DNA of 64,000 nucleotides from NCBI RefSeq assembly GCF_054482525.1, contig NZ_CM137006.1; one strand, 5' to 3'. Shown piece by piece: positions 61,275 to 64,000 of this stretch (position 1 is its first letter; each line of letters starts with the position of its first letter). The notes under the pieces were generated by a model. It saw only the letters and a program-made list of their open reading frames with translations, ran no database searches and was not told where the DNA came from. The position numbers and the translations under genes were made by a program.

Positions 61275-64000
61275 ATGCGGATTATTTTTCTACGCAAGGA
61301 GTATTTATCTTTACTCCCGTCAATGATTGCATCTCTTTTCTCTGCTAACGGTGTCGCGGCGGCCATTGATTCATGTCAGGGATATGATATCAAAGCGAGT
61401 TGTCACGCCAGCAGGCAAAGCCTTTCAGGCATTACGCAGGACTGGAGCATCGCCGATGGGCAATGGCTGGTTTTTTCGGATATGACCAATAACGCCAGCG
61501 GTGGGGCCGTATTTTTGCAACAAGGAGCGGAGTTTTCTCTATCGCCAGAAAATGAAACTGGAATGACTCTGTTTGCCAATAATACTGTCTCAGGAGAATA
61601 TAATAACGGCGGGGCAATATTTGCTAAAGAAAACTCAACGCTGAATCTTACTAATGTTATTTTTTCCGATAACGTTGCAGGTGGCTATGGTGGCGCAATC
61701 TATTCTTCTGGTACTAACGATACCGGTGTCGTCGATTTAAGTGTCACTAACGCCGTGTTTCGCAATAACATCGCTAATGACGGCAAAGGTGGTGCAATTT
61801 ATACCATCAACAATGACGTCTATTTAAGTGAAGTTATTTTTGACAATAACCAGGCATATACATCAACAAGTTACAGTGATGGCGATGGGGGCGCAATCGA
61901 TGTCACCGATAATAATAGCGATATCACGCATCCGTCAGGTTTCACAATAATAAATAACACCGCATTTACAAATAACACTGCCGAAGGTTATGGCGGGGCA
62001 ATTTATACCAATAGCGTGACGGCTCCCTATCTTATTGATATTTCGATTGATGACAGCTACAGCCAGAACGGCGGCGTGTTAATCGATGAGAACAATAGCG
62101 CGGCAGGTTATGGGGATGGTCCTTCCACTGCGGCGGGCGGCTTTATGTATCTCGGCTTAAGTGAAGTTACCTTTGATATTGCCGACGGAAAAACGCTGGT
62201 TATCGGCAATACAGAGAATGACGGAGTTGTTGACTCTATTGCTGGTACCGGGGTAATCACCAAAACAGGTTCCGGCGATCTGGTACTTAATGCAGATAAC
62301 AATGACTTTACTGGCGAGATGCAGATAGAAAACGGTGAGGTTACCCTGGGTCGCAGCAACTCCCTGATGAATGTCGGAGATACTCATTGCCAGGACGATC
62401 CGCAAGACTGCTACGGTCTGACGATAGGGAGTCTTGATCAGTATCAGAATCAGGCTGAGCTAAACGTTGTCTCGACCCAACAAACTTTTGTGCACGCATT
62501 GACGGGCTTTCAGAATGGCACTTTAAATATCGATGCTGGTGGCAACGTTACTGTTAATCAGGGCAGTTTTGCTGGCACCATCGAAGGTGCTGGTCAGCTC
62601 ACCATTGCGCAAAACGGCAGCTACGTGCTGGCAGGGGCACAGTCGATGGCGCTAACCGGCGATATAGTCGTTGATGATGGTGCGGTGCTTTCACTGGAAG
62701 GCGACGCGGTAGATCTTGCCGCTCTCCAGAACGATCCGCAGTCGATCGTGTTAAACGGCGGCGTGCTTGATCTCTCTGATTTCGCCACCTGGCAGAGCGG
62801 CACATCATACAACGATGGCCTTGCAGTCAGCGGCAGCGGCGGTACGGTTATCGGCAGTCAGGATGTGGTGGATCTCGCAGGGGGCGACAATTTGCATATC
62901 GGCGGCGACGGGAAAGATGGCGTCTACGTGGTGATCGATGCGGGCGACGGGCTGGTTAGCCTGGCAAACAATAATAGTTACCTGGGCACCACGCAAATCG
63001 CTTCCGGTACGCTGGTGGTGAGCGACAACTCGCAGCTTGGCAGTACTGACGAAAACCGTCAGGTGATCTTTACCGATAATCAACAAAGCAGTGCGATGGA
63101 AATTACCGCCGACGTTGACACCCGCTCAGAGACGACAGGTCATGGTCGGGATATTGAAATGCGTGCCGATGGTGAAGTAATGATCGATACAGGCATGGAT
63201 AGCGAGTGGGGCGCACTGATGTCTGACAGCAGCGGGCAACATCAGGATGAGGGTAGCACATTGACTAAAACGGGGGCGGGTACACTGGAGCTGACCGCCA
63301 GCGGTACAACACAGTCAGCGGTACGTGTCGAAGAAGGCACCCTGCAAGGCGATGTTGCGGATATCCTTCCTTATGCTTCGTCGCTGTGGGTCGGTGACGG
63401 GTCAACGTTCGTTACTGGCGCGGATCAGGATATTCAGTCAATTGATGCTACTTCCAGCGGCACTATCGACATCAGCGATGGTACGGTTTTGCGCCTGACC
63501 GGGCAGGATACTTCCGTCGCCCTTAATGCCTCACTGTTTAACGGCGATGGAACGCTGGTGAATGCCACCGATGGCGTGACGTTGACAGGCGAGCTTAATA
63601 CCAACCTTGAAACTGACAGCCTGACTTATCTTTCCGACGTAACAGTTAATGGCAATCTGACCAATACGTCCGGTGCGGTCAGCCTGCAAAATGGCGTCGC
63701 TGGCGACACGCTGACGGTAAACGGTGATTATACCGGCGGTGGTACGCTACTGCTCGATAGCGAATTAAACGGCGATGACTCGGCAAGTGACCAACTGGTG
63801 TTGAACGGTAATACTGCTGGCAACACGACCGTGGTAATTAATCCCATTACGGGTATTGGTGAGCCGACATCTACAGGCATTAAAGTGGTTGATTTCGCAG
63901 CCGATCCAACGCAATTTCAAAACAGTGCGCAGTTCAGTCTGGCGGGCAGCGGCTACGTCAATATGGGAGCGTATGACTACACGCTGGTGGAAGATAACAA
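61275..64000 (+). CDS. yfaL: Autotransporter adhesin YfaL (EhaC), N-terminal passenger domain; gene runs off the window end
   Basis: ATG at 61275 gives MRIIFLRKEYLSLLPSMIASLFSANGVAAA signal peptide followed by repetitive GGAI(Y/F) beta-helix-type passenger repeats; open frame continues as far as I translated it; not in the ORF track because there is no stop in the window. Confidence 0.85.
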   Translation, partial: MRIIFLRKEYLSLLPSMIASLFSANGVAAAIDSCQGYDIKASCHASRQSLSGITQDWSIADGQWLVFSDMTNNASGGAVFLQQGAEFSLSPENETGMTLFANNTVSGEYNNGGAIFAKENSTLNLTNVIFSDNVAGGYGGAIYSSGTNDTGVVDLSVTNAVFRNNIANDGKGGAIYTINNDVYLSEVIFDNNQAYTSTSYSDGDGGAIDVTDNNSDITHPSGFTIINNTAFTNNTAEGYGGAIYTNSVTAPYLIDISIDDSYSQNGGVLIDENNSAAGYGDGPSTAAGGFMYLGLSEVTFDIADGKTLVIGNTENDGVVDSIAGTGVITKTGSGDLVLNADNNDFTGEMQIENGEVTLGRSNSLMNVGDTHCQDDPQDCYGLTIGSLDQYQNQAELNVVSTQQTFVHALTGFQNGTLNIDAGGNVTVNQGSFAGTIEGAGQLTIAQNGSYVLAGAQSMALTGDIVVDDGAVLSLEGDAVDLAALQNDPQSIVLNGGVLDLSDFATWQSGTSYNDGLAVSGSGGTVIGSQDVVDLAGGDNLHIGGDGKDGVYVVIDAGDGLVSLANNNSYLGTTQIASGTLVVSDNSQLGSTDENRQVIFTDNQQSSAMEITADVDTRSETTGHGRDIEMRADGEVMIDTGMDSEWGALMSDSSGQHQDEGSTLTKTGAGTLELTASGTTQSAVRVEEGTLQGDVADILPYASSLWVGDGSTFVTGADQDIQSIDATSSGTIDISDGTVLRLTGQDTSVALNASLFNGDGTLVNATDGVTLTGELNTNLETDSLTYLSDVTVNGNLTNTSGAVSLQNGVAGDTLTVNGDYTGGGTLLLDSELNGDDSASDQLVLNGNTAGNTTVVINPITGIGEPTSTGIKVVDFAADPTQFQNSAQFSLAGSGYVNMGAYDYTLVEDN

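Overview
This window is an Escherichia coli chromosomal segment, read in the opposite orientation to the usual K-12 map, and mostly conserved backbone. Gene order is alaA' (partial), lrhA, nuoABC(D)EFGHIJKLMN, [IS200-like element], yfbM, yfbL, elaD, rbn, elaA, elaB, menFDHBCE, pmrD, arnFETDACB (reverse), ais, nudI, yfaZ, yfaY, [IS605-family element with divergent tnpA and tnpB], rhmT' (5'-truncated), rhmA, ypaA, rpnB-like, glpCBA (reverse), glpTQ, [AT-rich orphan gene], yfaH fragment, inaA, yfaE, nrdBA (reverse), yfaL' (partial). All identifications come from reading the translated ORFs and recalling E. coli K-12 proteins; nothing was database-checked. No rRNA, tRNA, CRISPR array or prophage was seen. 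The strongest candidate for something undescribed is a low-GC orphan gene (54103..55173, minus strand, about 356 aa) inserted between glpQ and yfaH, with no recognisable homolog or domain. Other points of interest are an IS605-family tnpA/tnpB element with near-identical end hairpins that replaces rhmR and rhmD and truncates rhmT, an IS200-like element between nuoN and yfbM where K-12 has yfbN/yfbO/yfbP, an elaD-yfbL spacer lacking yfbK that carries a perfect 13-bp palindrome, and a duplicated Rpn C-terminal module (ypaA).
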